A DNA stretch of 64,000 nt from a virus. Lineage: Duplodnaviria; Heunggongvirae; Uroviricota; Caudoviricetes. The stretch spans positions 37,154 to 101,153 of the IMG/VR virus record IMGVR_UViG_3300021400_002728; one strand, 5' to 3'. This document shows, one piece after another, positions 37,918-46,731 of this stretch. The translations under genes and the position numbers were made by a program. How positions within the stretch are numbered: the stretch's first letter is position 1; the number at the start of each line of letters is the position of its first letter. Under the pieces are notes generated by a model. That model did not search any database and had not been told where the DNA came from. It was given only the letters and a program-made list of their open reading frames with translations.

Positions 37918-38595
37918 TTAATAACCAAATACCTTGTTACAAATATCTTCGACTTTGTCAAGATCAAACCAGTTATCAGTTCTTACACCAGATTCCATAT
38001 CTAACCAGTAATCCTTTTCCCAAAGAATATCGATCTCTTCTTTCTTTTCAAGAATATTTTCTGGAGTAAGACCACCAGCAAAACCTTGATAGTCAACTCC
38101 TTCAAAATAGTCAAATTCTACCTGAAGTCCTTTACCACCAGAATTATCTGATAAAAAGACTATATTATCAAGATTAGCTTCTCTAAACTTCTCATATGTC
38201 TGTTTAGATTTAGGCTCACTTAAATTTGTCTGAATAATAATTTGTTTGCCACACGTATCAGTAATAAGATCTTTAAATCGTGATCCAACTACATTGAGTT
38301 GAATACGATCAAACATATCAAAATACTGATCAACAAACTTCTTAACTTCATCAAAATTACCTGATTGACATACAGATCTAGCTAAGCCACCACAAATATG
38401 TAATGACAAATTGATATTTTTATTTTTTAACTTCTGAAGTAAGATAAGAGACGGATATCGATTATTCTGATTTGTACCTGTTATAGAACTTGAACAAAGA
38501 AAACCAAATTCTGCTTCAGGATATTTCTCAGCAATCTTTAAAAGTCGATCAATATCTGTTTTCTTATCAATACCAATAAATGAAACTCGGATCAT
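37918..38595 (-). CDS. TrpF-like (phosphoribosylanthranilate isomerase fold) TIM-barrel protein
   Basis: MIRVSFIGID (cf. MVRVKICGIT), GGKGLQVEFDYF (cf. GGSGKTFDW), FAGGLTPENI (cf. LSGGLNPENV), LDMESGVRTD...KV (cf. VDVSSGVE...KD). Confidence 0.55.
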   Translation of the reverse strand: MIRVSFIGIDKKTDIDRLLKIAEKYPEAEFGFLCSSSITGTNQNNRYPSLILLQKLKNKNINLSLHICGGLARSVCQSGNFDEVKKFVDQYFDMFDRIQLNVVGSRFKDLITDTCGKQIIIQTNLSEPKSKQTYEKFREANLDNIVFLSDNSGGKGLQVEFDYFEGVDYQGFAGGLTPENILEKKEEIDILWEKDYWLDMESGVRTDNWFDLDKVEDICNKVFGY

Positions 38596-38604
38596 AAAAA
38601 CTCC

Positions 38605-39120
38605 TTAAATCTTAATTAACTTCGTTACATCACCTTTAAGTGCAAAGATAATGTAGTTCTCACCATCCCAGAAATTAGTAATCTGAGTAATAGTTTTCCA
38701 TCCATACTCACTTGCATTAGGGAATTCCATTCTATTCCACTGAGCCTCAAGTTTGTCTTCAGGAACATGTCTTCTACGAAGCCTATTACCTTCAAAACAC
38801 TTTTCCTTGGGTGCAGTTACCCATATACAATGATGGTCAAATCCATTGAACCATTCAATAAACTGACGTCTTTGACTAACAGTTAGTGCGTTAGTGGTAA
38901 GAATAACATCCTTATCTTCTAACATACTCTGATGTATATCTTGATATAATTTAATCCATACATCAAAATAATTAGAACGGTCACATTCATCACCATTAAT
39001 TAACTCATAATATTTATCAACATCATATATAACAAGATGTGGATTCTTTTTGACTATACGCTCAGTAAGTACAGTTTTACCTCCACCACTGATTCCACAT
39101 ACTAAATAAAAATTTGCCAT
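38605..39120 (-). CDS. P-loop kinase resembling nicotinamide riboside kinase (Nrk/NadR-RNK-like)
   Basis: FYLVCGISGGGKTVLTERIVKKNPHLVIYDVDKYY parallels Nrk1 FIIGISGVTNSGKTTLAKNLQKHLPNCSVISQDDFF; later EKCFEGNRLRRRH (cf. EECKRRRSTR). Confidence 0.5.
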   Translation of the reverse strand: MANFYLVCGISGGGKTVLTERIVKKNPHLVIYDVDKYYELINGDECDRSNYFDVWIKLYQDIHQSMLEDKDVILTTNALTVSQRRQFIEWFNGFDHHCIWVTAPKEKCFEGNRLRRRHVPEDKLEAQWNRMEFPNASEYGWKTITQITNFWDGENYIIFALKGDVTKLIKI

Positions 39121-39138
39121 ATCATAGTCTCTCTTTCA

Positions 39139-40005
39139 TTAATCAAATGCTTTATCATAAAAAGACAGATGATCTATTTTTGATAGCGCATATATAAATG
39201 ATAAAGAAAATTCGTAATCTCTGTTATCAAATCGGGATTCCCATTCTTTTCTCCATTCTTCTTTTGTCTTATTATTCTTTCTTATTATATCAGCTTTTTC
39301 TTGATATATACTTTCTGCATATTCATCAATGTCAGCAAATCCTTCTGCCTGGTATTCTTTTATAGCATTTCCATTTTCATCTAGTATCTTACATGAAAAG
39401 TTAACTGATTCTGTTGACCATGCTGTGGTATTGAGCTGCAATATCATATCTTTTGCATTTGCTCTTTTTAAGATGTCTCTAAATTCTTCCTTAAAGATGT
39501 TTAAATCAACATCTCTATAAATTAGTATATCACCAATTTGAATTTGTTTTCCATCTACCGCAAATCCAAAATCAGTAACAGGAGAATAACAGAATTGTTC
39601 TGTAATTTCTTTTAAGGAAGCTGTATTTTCTAACTCATATACAAATCCTTCTCTTATAATCAACTCTTTGAACCTATTATAAAATGCAGTGTAATCATAG
39701 AAATTATTATCTGGAATACGATCCTGGATATTCAAATCTTGATCCAAATACAAAAAATTAAAATAAAATCGTGCATTCTTCTGTGGAATACAACAGAGCA
39801 TAATATATTTTACGGTAGCTAAGTTCTTTTCTTTTATATGCCGCCATGTCATGTTTGCGTAAAATCCACCACATGATAGACAATCTTCGTATGTTCCAGA
39901 TCCTATATCAAACATAAAATACTGAGCATTAGTAAATATTTTGTCATTATCGTCATATTCAAGATATGTTCGTTGTTCATCATATTTCTTTTCTGTAATT
40001 TTCAT
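39139..40005 (-). CDS. Hypothetical protein
   Basis: ORF track. Confidence 0.5.
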   Translation of the reverse strand: MKITEKKYDEQRTYLEYDDNDKIFTNAQYFMFDIGSGTYEDCLSCGGFYANMTWRHIKEKNLATVKYIMLCCIPQKNARFYFNFLYLDQDLNIQDRIPDNNFYDYTAFYNRFKELIIREGFVYELENTASLKEITEQFCYSPVTDFGFAVDGKQIQIGDILIYRDVDLNIFKEEFRDILKRANAKDMILQLNTTAWSTESVNFSCKILDENGNAIKEYQAEGFADIDEYAESIYQEKADIIRKNNKTKEEWRKEWESRFDNRDYEFSLSFIYALSKIDHLSFYDKAFD

Positions 40006-40017
40006 ATTTGCTCCTTT

Positions 40018-40407
40018 TTATATCTTGAAATACTCAAAGAACTTGTCTTTATCTAATACATAAATATGAGATGACCAGTCATCATCTGTTGCATACTTTT
40101 GAACTGCTATAGGACATTCACATACAGCGTCAAAATTTTCTTTAAGCCAATCAAATACATACTGGTTGGCACCATTCCATATATACTTGACATATTCAGG
40201 CATAGGAAATTTAGTTGCTAAAACTTTTAGACATTCAAGAAGTGTAAGTTTTCCATAACCATGATGCTGATGATTCTTTTCAGTATACCAAGAAGAAATT
40301 GTCCATGTATCAAGATCTCTAGATATAGTACACTTACAAACTTCCTCATCATAGATATGAGCAGTTGTTGTAAATGAATTGTTGTTTTGATTATTAGAAA
40401 ACCACAT
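40018..40407 (-). CDS. Hypothetical protein, possibly GNAT-like acetyltransferase
   Basis: HQHHGYGKLTLLECL resembles GNAT motif A; weak. Confidence 0.3.
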   Translation of the reverse strand: MWFSNNQNNNSFTTTAHIYDEEVCKCTISRDLDTWTISSWYTEKNHQHHGYGKLTLLECLKVLATKFPMPEYVKYIWNGANQYVFDWLKENFDAVCECPIAVQKYATDDDWSSHIYVLDKDKFFEYFKI

Positions 40408-40438
40408 GCTATAATAACCTCCATTATTTTATAAGATT

Positions 40439-40474
40439 ATTATAACATGTGTTTTGATCTATGTAAATAGTTTA
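40439..40474 (-). promoter_or_regulatory. Promoter P-k: AAACTATTTACA -N17- TGtTATAAT
   Basis: Family member. Confidence 0.6.
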
Positions 40475-40482
40475 TAAGAAAA

Positions 40483-40498
40483 GGAGCTCTATAGCTCC
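40483..40498 (-). terminator. GGAGCT-CTAT-AGCTCC perfect hairpin followed by UUUUCUU on minus RNA; terminator after 40508..40783, abutting promoter P-k
   Basis: Seen in sequence. Confidence 0.55.
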
Positions 40499-40507
40499 AA
40501 TTCTTTG

Positions 40508-40783
40508 TTACTGATCTTCTGAATATATTGTTATATTACCATCTGTGTCATATACTGGACATAGGGTATGATTATACATCGAATCAAGATAATAATACAT
40601 CACCTTTGTGTCTTTGTCATATACTATATATAATGTTCCATATTCTGGATTATTTCTAGTTTCAATTACTACAAATTTATCATAAAATACATTATGATTA
40701 TCTGTATCTATAGTTGTTTTGCATCCAGTTAAAAAACAAAACAAGAAGCAAGTAATAATGATTGCAAACAGAGTCTTTTTCAT
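40508..40783 (-). CDS. Small secreted lipoprotein
   Basis: MKKTLFAIIITCFLFCFLTGC lipobox. Confidence 0.55.
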   Translation of the reverse strand: MKKTLFAIIITCFLFCFLTGCKTTIDTDNHNVFYDKFVVIETRNNPEYGTLYIVYDKDTKVMYYYLDSMYNHTLCPVYDTDGNITIYSEDQ

Positions 40784-40794
40784 ATATTTACCTC

Positions 40795-42030
40795 TTAATA
40801 AATAACTACGACTGTTCCAACTTCAACTGCATCGTATAATTCATAAGAAAAATCAAGTGGAAGGTTAATACATCCATGAGAACCATTTGTAAGATAAGTC
40901 TCAGGATTTTCAAAATCTGATGCAGGTCTCCAAGTAGCGTCATGAAGTCCATGTCCGCGCTCAGTAAATCGCATCCAGTTCTTTCCAGAAAGACCACCAT
41001 CAAATGCAATTCCATGAAACATACTAGAAATCTGATATACACCTATAGGTGTATCAGTTATATCAAGTTTTCCAGTAACTACTTTAGATTTAAGCTTAAG
41101 CTCTCCATCTACATAATACCAAAGATATTGATCTTTAATAGATATCTCAATAAATGTATTAGGAATTTCAAACATATATGGATGTGCGAGTTTATACTCT
41201 TTGAATTCCTCTCTATTTACAAATTCAGATTCATTATCTACAAGAAGAATAGGTACTCTATTTGTTTCAGACTTGAGTGAGCAAATCTTATCTTTGATAT
41301 AGAGATATTCTTTCTGAAAATCTACTCTATTTCCATAAGTACTTATACAATAGCAATCTTCAGCTGATTTTATATATACAAGACCATTAACTGGTGAGTT
41401 GAACTCCCATGTATTGTAGTATGTATTATAACTATCAGTCTTCTCTTTTACGATCTCTGCAACTTTTGCATTAAACTCATCTGAGGTAAAATCAGTTGTG
41501 ATGGTATTATCACTAACTGTGATGAAATCTTTTAGATCATAAATATTGATACACTGATTAGATGAATACTGAATGCTAAAATTAACATAAGGACTAATAA
41601 TTTCTACTAGTCTTTCATATTCAGATGAAGGACCATTATCAATTGACTTATAGTCTATTACGTCAATAGTAGACTTAGGTGTAGCAGCCTTAATAGCATT
41701 GTAAAGAGCGTCAATATCAATTTCATTACCATCCTGATAGTTAGTAACTCTTAATCCCGCATCATCAAAAACAATAGTAGGATAAATACTTTTACTTCTA
41801 CCAAGGTTGACCTTCTTAAGTTCTTCCTTAGTTACGGTATTCTTATCTATCTCAAATACATTATTGCCACTAACTACATTAACGGTTGTGCAGATAGGCT
41901 CAGCAATAACTTCTGATGCAGTATTTGGATTAGCACTAACATCTGTAGCACATGCAGCAATTGATAGAATGCCAGTAATGAATAAAATAATCATTATAAA
42001 AGGAAAAGCAAGTTTATTTATGTGTCTCAT
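40795..42030 (-). CDS. Lipoprotein with C-terminal L,D-transpeptidase (YkuD) catalytic domain
   Basis: Signal/lipobox (SIAAC); catalytic signature HG...NGSHGCINLP near C-terminus. Confidence 0.7.
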   Translation of the reverse strand: MRHINKLAFPFIMIILFITGILSIAACATDVSANPNTASEVIAEPICTTVNVVSGNNVFEIDKNTVTKEELKKVNLGRSKSIYPTIVFDDAGLRVTNYQDGNEIDIDALYNAIKAATPKSTIDVIDYKSIDNGPSSEYERLVEIISPYVNFSIQYSSNQCINIYDLKDFITVSDNTITTDFTSDEFNAKVAEIVKEKTDSYNTYYNTWEFNSPVNGLVYIKSAEDCYCISTYGNRVDFQKEYLYIKDKICSLKSETNRVPILLVDNESEFVNREEFKEYKLAHPYMFEIPNTFIEISIKDQYLWYYVDGELKLKSKVVTGKLDITDTPIGVYQISSMFHGIAFDGGLSGKNWMRFTERGHGLHDATWRPASDFENPETYLTNGSHGCINLPLDFSYELYDAVEVGTVVVIY

Positions 42031-42059
42031 CTTATCTCCTTAAAAATTATTATGGATTT

Positions 42060-42095
42060 ATTATAAACTAAATTTTTAATAATGTAAATAGTTTT
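42060..42095 (-). promoter_or_regulatory. Promoter P-l: AAAAACTATTTACA -N17- TATAAT
   Basis: Family member. Confidence 0.6.
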
Positions 42096-42319
42096 TACAA
42101 CCGATTATTCCAAAGTCTTAAAGCTTCCTTATTCAAATATTCTCTAATAATTTGATGCTCTTCTACCGATATACTAAATCCATCAATTCGTTTAGAAACA
42201 AGTGGACCTCGTGTATGGCACCTATTACATCTACCACTTGCCTTCATCTGATTATAAGATTCATTAAATTGAATTTTTACTTTATTGCTTCCACAGAATG
42301 GACAACTTAACTGATCCAT
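42095..42319 (-). CDS. Lar-family restriction alleviation-like zinc-finger protein (start moved to MDQLSCPFCG; AAGGAG-7nt-ATG)
   Basis: N-terminal CPFCGSNKV plus second CxxC (CNRCH), about 75 aa. Confidence 0.5.
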   Translation of the reverse strand: MDQLSCPFCGSNKVKIQFNESYNQMKASGRCNRCHTRGPLVSKRIDGFSISVEEHQIIREYLNKEALRLWNNRL

Positions 42320-42320
42320 A

Positions 42321-43040
42321 CTATATCTCCTTTTCATAATAAGGTGTCTCACCTGCCCAAAAATGTTCATCTATTGCAGATAAATCTATGGCTCCATTTG
42401 AAATTATCCAAGATTCTCTGTCAAAATCATATCTAAAACTGTATATTTCCATTTGATCTATAATTTGACCATCTTTAATCTTACATAGTAATACAGCCTT
42501 TCGTTCTAGTTCATCAATATATCTTTCTTTTGTAGCGACTGGATGAGTTATTATATATGATACATTTTCATCGTTAATAAATTTCTTAAGATTATCTATA
42601 TCAATAATACAACCACAATTAATAAAATTATATTCGTCGTCATCAAATATATCAGATATCATATATTCATGTAATCTATCACTAATAGTATCGTTATAAG
42701 TTTCTATTACTTTATCATATATGTGTAACTTCCAAAATCTATAAAATAACGTTATCATAGACATTATTGCATAACCAATAAAAATAATAGCAAATATTTT
42801 TCCTATAATACTAGGTATAGCTAATAAGAACATTCCGATGAATATTGATACCGTCGCATATATTGGATTATACCAACATAAATCATCATATGTATAATCA
42901 TATATTTTATCTCGTTTATTCTTTATATCTAACACTTCTTGATATGTTGGTTCTTTACGTATTTCTTCAATTCGATTTTTAGCAAGTTCTCTTAATACAT
43001 CAGGATCAGTTTTAGGCATTATTATTTTAGTAATTTTCAT
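42321..43040 (-). CDS. Hypothetical two-TM membrane protein (start moved to MKITKII; AGGAGAA SD)
   Basis: Track start lies inside terminator hairpin; internal ATG has SD. Confidence 0.5.
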   Translation of the reverse strand: MKITKIIMPKTDPDVLRELAKNRIEEIRKEPTYQEVLDIKNKRDKIYDYTYDDLCWYNPIYATVSIFIGMFLLAIPSIIGKIFAIIFIGYAIMSMITLFYRFWKLHIYDKVIETYNDTISDRLHEYMISDIFDDDEYNFINCGCIIDIDNLKKFINDENVSYIITHPVATKERYIDELERKAVLLCKIKDGQIIDQMEIYSFRYDFDRESWIISNGAIDLSAIDEHFWAGETPYYEKEI

Positions 43041-43059
43041 ATTGTATTCTCCTAGAAAA

Positions 43060-43091
43060 AGAGGCACCGCTTAAATGTAAACGGCACCTCT
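43060..43091 (-). terminator. 10-bp RNA hairpin (two G-U pairs) followed by UUUUUCU on minus RNA; terminator after pncB-like gene
   Basis: Seen in sequence (AGAGGUGCCG...CGGUGCCUCU). Confidence 0.55.
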
Positions 43092-43117
43092 ATAGTAAAT
43101 AGTAGATTGATAATTAC

Positions 43118-44335
43118 TTACTTCTCATTAGTAAGTCTCCAGTTGATACATCTCTTAAGATACTCAACATATTCAGGATTCTTGCACATTCCCTTGCCTT
43201 CAACATCAGAGATTTTAGCAACATCCATACCGTTACAAGCAGTAGTCTTCATTACGATATTGAGAGGTTCTACATCTGTATCGTTAGCGATGTAAGTACC
43301 AATACCGAATGCAACCTTTGCCTTTCCATTAAAGTGTCTTACAATCTTATCTGCCTTTTCGAAGTTAAGGCTATCAGAGAAGAGAAGTGTCTTGGTCTTA
43401 GGATCAATACCAAGTTTCTGATAGTGAGCGATCATCTTCTCACCCCATTCGATAGGATCACCAGAGTCATGACGAACACCACTAAAGAGAGTAGAGAATG
43501 TAAGATCAAAATCTCTAAGGAAACAATCAGTAGTGATTGCATCAGTAAGAGCAGTTCCGTTAAGTACTCCGTATTCCTTAACCCATGCGCTAAGCGCGTA
43601 GTAGTTAGAGTATGCCGGATTATGCTTATGATCTCCCTGACCTACACACATGATCCACTCGTGGGCCATGGTACCGACAGGCTTTACACCGAACTTCTTA
43701 GCAAGATATACATTAGAAGTTCCAACGAAGTGGCTTGCACTGTGCATTGTATCATTGAGGTGACTGAACTTCTGAATTGCAAGTTCCTGTGCCTCAGCAG
43801 AAAGTCTACGTCTAAGACCGAATTCAGAGAATACTCCAAGGTACCACTTACCGTGTTTTACATTCTCGAATTTCTCATCAAGACGTCTCTTAAAACTCTC
43901 AATGAGCTGATCATAATCGTAATTCATTCTGAAGTAAACTTCATTTACGATTGCGAGAGTAGGGATCTCATACATAGAAGTATTCAACCAAGTTCCCTTA
44001 GTTTCGATTGCAAGTCCACAATCAGCATCAGTAGTGATCTCGAAATCTTCAAATCTAGGCTTCCAGATTCTAAGGAAATCGATGTAGCTGCCCTTGAACC
44101 AAGGAATATTATCAAGATATTCAAGCTCATCTTCTTCAAATCGAAGATTACAATAAGCTTTGATCTGGTCCTTGATCTCCTGAACCATTTCCGGAGTGAA
44201 CTTTACGTCTTTATTTCTACATTTGAATGTCCAAGTAGTCTTATAGGATGGGAACTGATGGTAGATGGCCTGGCCCATAGAAAACTTGTAAAGATCAGTT
44301 TCGAGTAGACTTACGATAATTGGATTGAGTTTCAT
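43118..44335 (-). CDS. pncB: Nicotinate phosphoribosyltransferase
   Basis: N-terminus MKLNPIIVSLLETDLYKFSMGQAIYHQFP matches NAPRTase family start (TDxYKxTM); 405 aa. Confidence 0.8.
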   Translation of the reverse strand: MKLNPIIVSLLETDLYKFSMGQAIYHQFPSYKTTWTFKCRNKDVKFTPEMVQEIKDQIKAYCNLRFEEDELEYLDNIPWFKGSYIDFLRIWKPRFEDFEITTDADCGLAIETKGTWLNTSMYEIPTLAIVNEVYFRMNYDYDQLIESFKRRLDEKFENVKHGKWYLGVFSEFGLRRRLSAEAQELAIQKFSHLNDTMHSASHFVGTSNVYLAKKFGVKPVGTMAHEWIMCVGQGDHKHNPAYSNYYALSAWVKEYGVLNGTALTDAITTDCFLRDFDLTFSTLFSGVRHDSGDPIEWGEKMIAHYQKLGIDPKTKTLLFSDSLNFEKADKIVRHFNGKAKVAFGIGTYIANDTDVEPLNIVMKTTACNGMDVAKISDVEGKGMCKNPEYVEYLKRCINWRLTNEK

Positions 44336-44484
44336 TAAGCGTTCTCCTTTTCATTCTGCTTATTCATAAAAGTTTCAGCTTCTTTCTTATTGCTGAACTG
44401 CTTTTCACTAGGTCCTAACAAACTATCAGGATCACCATAAACCACATAGTAACTATTTCCTTCTGCATACATATAAGCTTTCAT
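44335..44484 (-). CDS. Small hypothetical protein (49 aa), below ORF-track cutoff, TAATG-coupled to pncB
   Basis: Own translation MKAYMYAEGNSYYVVYGDPDSLLGPSEKQFSNKKEAETFMNKQNEKENA; GGAGG-9nt-ATG; directly downstream of promoter P-m. Confidence 0.45.
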   Translation of the reverse strand: MKAYMYAEGNSYYVVYGDPDSLLGPSEKQFSNKKEAETFMNKQNEKENA

Positions 44485-44518
44485 TTAATAAATACCTCCA
44501 TCTGTATTTGATATATTT

Positions 44519-44554
44519 ATTATAACAAGAAATGTTTGCTTTGTAAATAGTTTT
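44519..44554 (-). promoter_or_regulatory. Promoter P-m: AAAAACTATTTACA -N17- TGtTATAAT
   Basis: Family member. Confidence 0.6.
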
Positions 44555-44586
44555 TATGTAGTCATTATAATTAGTACTATTACTAA

Positions 44587-45180
44587 TTAAATTACTTCTA
44601 TATGTTCAGATATTTCCTTTTTCATGGCCTCAATGTTTATAACTTCTTCAGTAGGATCAAGACCGTATTTTGCACAGTATTCTCCAGCAGGATCATCTTC
44701 AGTAACGTCATATATCTTTCCTTTTATTTCGTATTCACCTTCATTAAAAAGTGCACATTTATATTTAGCATTGATTGAATTTCCATAAGTAGGGAAATAA
44801 AGTCTTATCTTCTTACCATCATAGTAAAGAATACCAAACGTATCCATGTCACCGTCTGCTCCACCATTGAAACCATAATAAGTAAGACCATTATCAAGAG
44901 TATGAAAACCGGAGAATGTATCACAAAATGCACTATCTTCTCCAAAGAAATTCTCAAAATAGATGTGGTATTTCTGATCTGCCTCAACGGTAGGATCTTC
45001 ATGTATAATGACAAAAGCATACTCATCATAAGTTACACCTTCGTCGTCATCACGATAAGCACCACCATTATGTTTCATTGCAGTCTTCTTTATTTGAGCC
45101 TTAAGCTCATCAATGGTAATTCTAGGTGCTTTTCTACCATTAATCTTATATTTATAGTCATCGTTAATTATTCTTGCCAT
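44587..45180 (-). CDS. Hypothetical protein
   Basis: ORF track. Confidence 0.5.
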   Translation of the reverse strand: MARIINDDYKYKINGRKAPRITIDELKAQIKKTAMKHNGGAYRDDDEGVTYDEYAFVIIHEDPTVEADQKYHIYFENFFGEDSAFCDTFSGFHTLDNGLTYYGFNGGADGDMDTFGILYYDGKKIRLYFPTYGNSINAKYKCALFNEGEYEIKGKIYDVTEDDPAGEYCAKYGLDPTEEVINIEAMKKEISEHIEVI

Positions 45181-45209
45181 GATGTCGCTCCTTTGTTGTA
45201 TGTATAGAT

Positions 45210-45245
45210 ATTATAATAAGAAATAATTAAGATGTAAATAGTTTT
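45210..45245 (-). promoter_or_regulatory. Promoter P-n: AAAAACTATTTACA -N17- TATAAT
   Basis: Family member. Confidence 0.6.
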
Positions 45246-45247
45246 TA

Positions 45248-45691
45248 CTACATACTTTTCTCAAGTTCCTTAATAGAGTCTGAAAGTGTTTTCCAAGTAA
45301 TACTAAGATTTCTATTACCAGCACGCTTAAAGAATTTATATAATGTAGGAAGATTAACTTTTTCCTCATTACCTAACTCAGTCTTTTCTATTGCCTTAGC
45401 AATAATATCACAGTATTTACCTTCAAGTGTATAAGTTTTAGTTGATGTTAAGAACTCGACCATTGTAAGATCATAATCAAAAGCTTCAAGATTATCGTTA
45501 ACTGTGTCCATAAGTTTATTCATAATACCAATCATAGATACCGCATTGAAATTATCTAGTTTATTCATATATTCGACATAAGTATCATAAAAATCCTCAC
45601 CATAAGAAGCAGCAACTAATAATCGTAATTCATTAAACTTTTCAAATGTCATATTATGAGAGTTTCCATTTGAACAAGTAATTGTTATCAT
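45248..45691 (-). CDS. Hypothetical protein
   Basis: ORF track. Confidence 0.5.
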   Translation of the reverse strand: MITITCSNGNSHNMTFEKFNELRLLVAASYGEDFYDTYVEYMNKLDNFNAVSMIGIMNKLMDTVNDNLEAFDYDLTMVEFLTSTKTYTLEGKYCDIIAKAIEKTELGNEEKVNLPTLYKFFKRAGNRNLSITWKTLSDSIKELEKSM

Positions 45692-45700
45692 ATTGACCTC

Positions 45701-45946
45701 CTATAAAAGTCTATCTCGTATATCGTTTGTAGTTATTTTACACCTTCTAAGTGCATTTTTAATGGTAGTATTTTTATATTCAATACTAGCTTTTCTATCA
45801 CGTAAAATACTTACAATAGAAAATAACTGTATAAATCGTTCATCTTTATTATCAAATATTTCAAATTTACTTGGATCATCAGATAATAGATTGGTTTCAA
45901 TAGTTCCTTTATGAACAACTATTGAGAATTTATCATTAATTTGCAT
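45701..45946 (-). CDS. Hypothetical protein (start moved to MQINDKF; AGAAGGA SD)
   Basis: Track ORF overlaps upstream gene by 119 nt; internal start with SD reduces overlap to 11 nt. Confidence 0.4.
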   Translation of the reverse strand: MQINDKFSIVVHKGTIETNLLSDDPSKFEIFDNKDERFIQLFSIVSILRDRKASIEYKNTTIKNALRRCKITTNDIRDRLL

Positions 45947-46430
45947 CTTCCATCCTTCTATAATGCTGCCAACCAGTTTTTTCGCATTCAGCACAAAAAC
46001 TATATGAACTACTTGATACATGTACACATCGTCCACAATCAGGTTCTTCATCATCAGCAGTATAAATCTTCTGCTTTATTACATGTACATCTAGGTTATT
46101 GTCTCTAGCTAAGTTAATCATATGATTGGTACCTTTAGATGTACCATCCCAAAATGCAAATAATACATCCGCATACTTAGCCATTTGTTCGTTACGTAGA
46201 TATCCGGCTCTTTTTCCGTACTGATTCCAATCTGCAGGAAACTTAGCAAGCTTTAAACCATACTTCTCTGCAAACTGAATACCGAGTGTATCTGCGCCTT
46301 TAGCACAACCACTAACTATTTCTACATCTGCTCTATGAAGTCCATTGGCCTTAAAATACATCATTAGTTCATATTCAACTTTTTCAAAGTTAGTATAGTC
46401 TCTTGAACCTGCTACAATAACTTTTATCAT
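45936..46430 (-). CDS. SLOG-family (YspA/DUF2493-like Rossmann) protein with C-terminal zinc ribbon
   Basis: VIVAGSRDYTNFE...VEIVSGCAKGADTLGIQFAEKYG...FPADWNQYGKRAGYLRNEQM pattern of YspA/DprA-like SLOG domains; CGRCV...CAEC at C-terminus. Confidence 0.5.
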   Translation of the reverse strand: MIKVIVAGSRDYTNFEKVEYELMMYFKANGLHRADVEIVSGCAKGADTLGIQFAEKYGLKLAKFPADWNQYGKRAGYLRNEQMAKYADVLFAFWDGTSKGTNHMINLARDNNLDVHVIKQKIYTADDEEPDCGRCVHVSSSSYSFCAECEKTGWQHYRRMEDAN

Positions 46431-46460
46431 TTCATGAACTTCTCCTTTGAAACAACTGTT

Positions 46461-46658
46461 TTAACTAGGATTACAAACGCATTTTGCTCCTTCAATTTCT
46501 TTCAAACGCTCTGGAGAACCAGCAAATTTGTAATGATTACATGGCTCATTATCTACGCTAACATCAGCTCCATAGTGTTCGCCAAGACATCTTCCAAGCC
46601 ATTCTGACTGACATAACTGACAGTTGTGCATGTTCATTTCATGTGTAATGTGTGCCAT
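46461..46658 (-). CDS. Small Cys-rich protein
   Basis: ORF track; CQLCQ...C..C..C.C. Confidence 0.45.
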   Translation of the reverse strand: MAHITHEMNMHNCQLCQSEWLGRCLGEHYGADVSVDNEPCNHYKFAGSPERLKEIEGAKCVCNPS

Positions 46659-46731
46659 ATTTCATCTCCTATTAAAAATACTACAATAACTACAAACCAA
46701 GATACTCAATTATAAGTTAACGGCTATTTTA

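Noticed and set aside
43334-44308. 324-aa plus-strand ORF
   Set aside because: Lies entirely antisense within the pncB-like gene. Ile/Leu/Ser-rich low-complexity translation typical of antisense AT-rich DNA, no RBS, and no plus-strand promoter of the conserved family.
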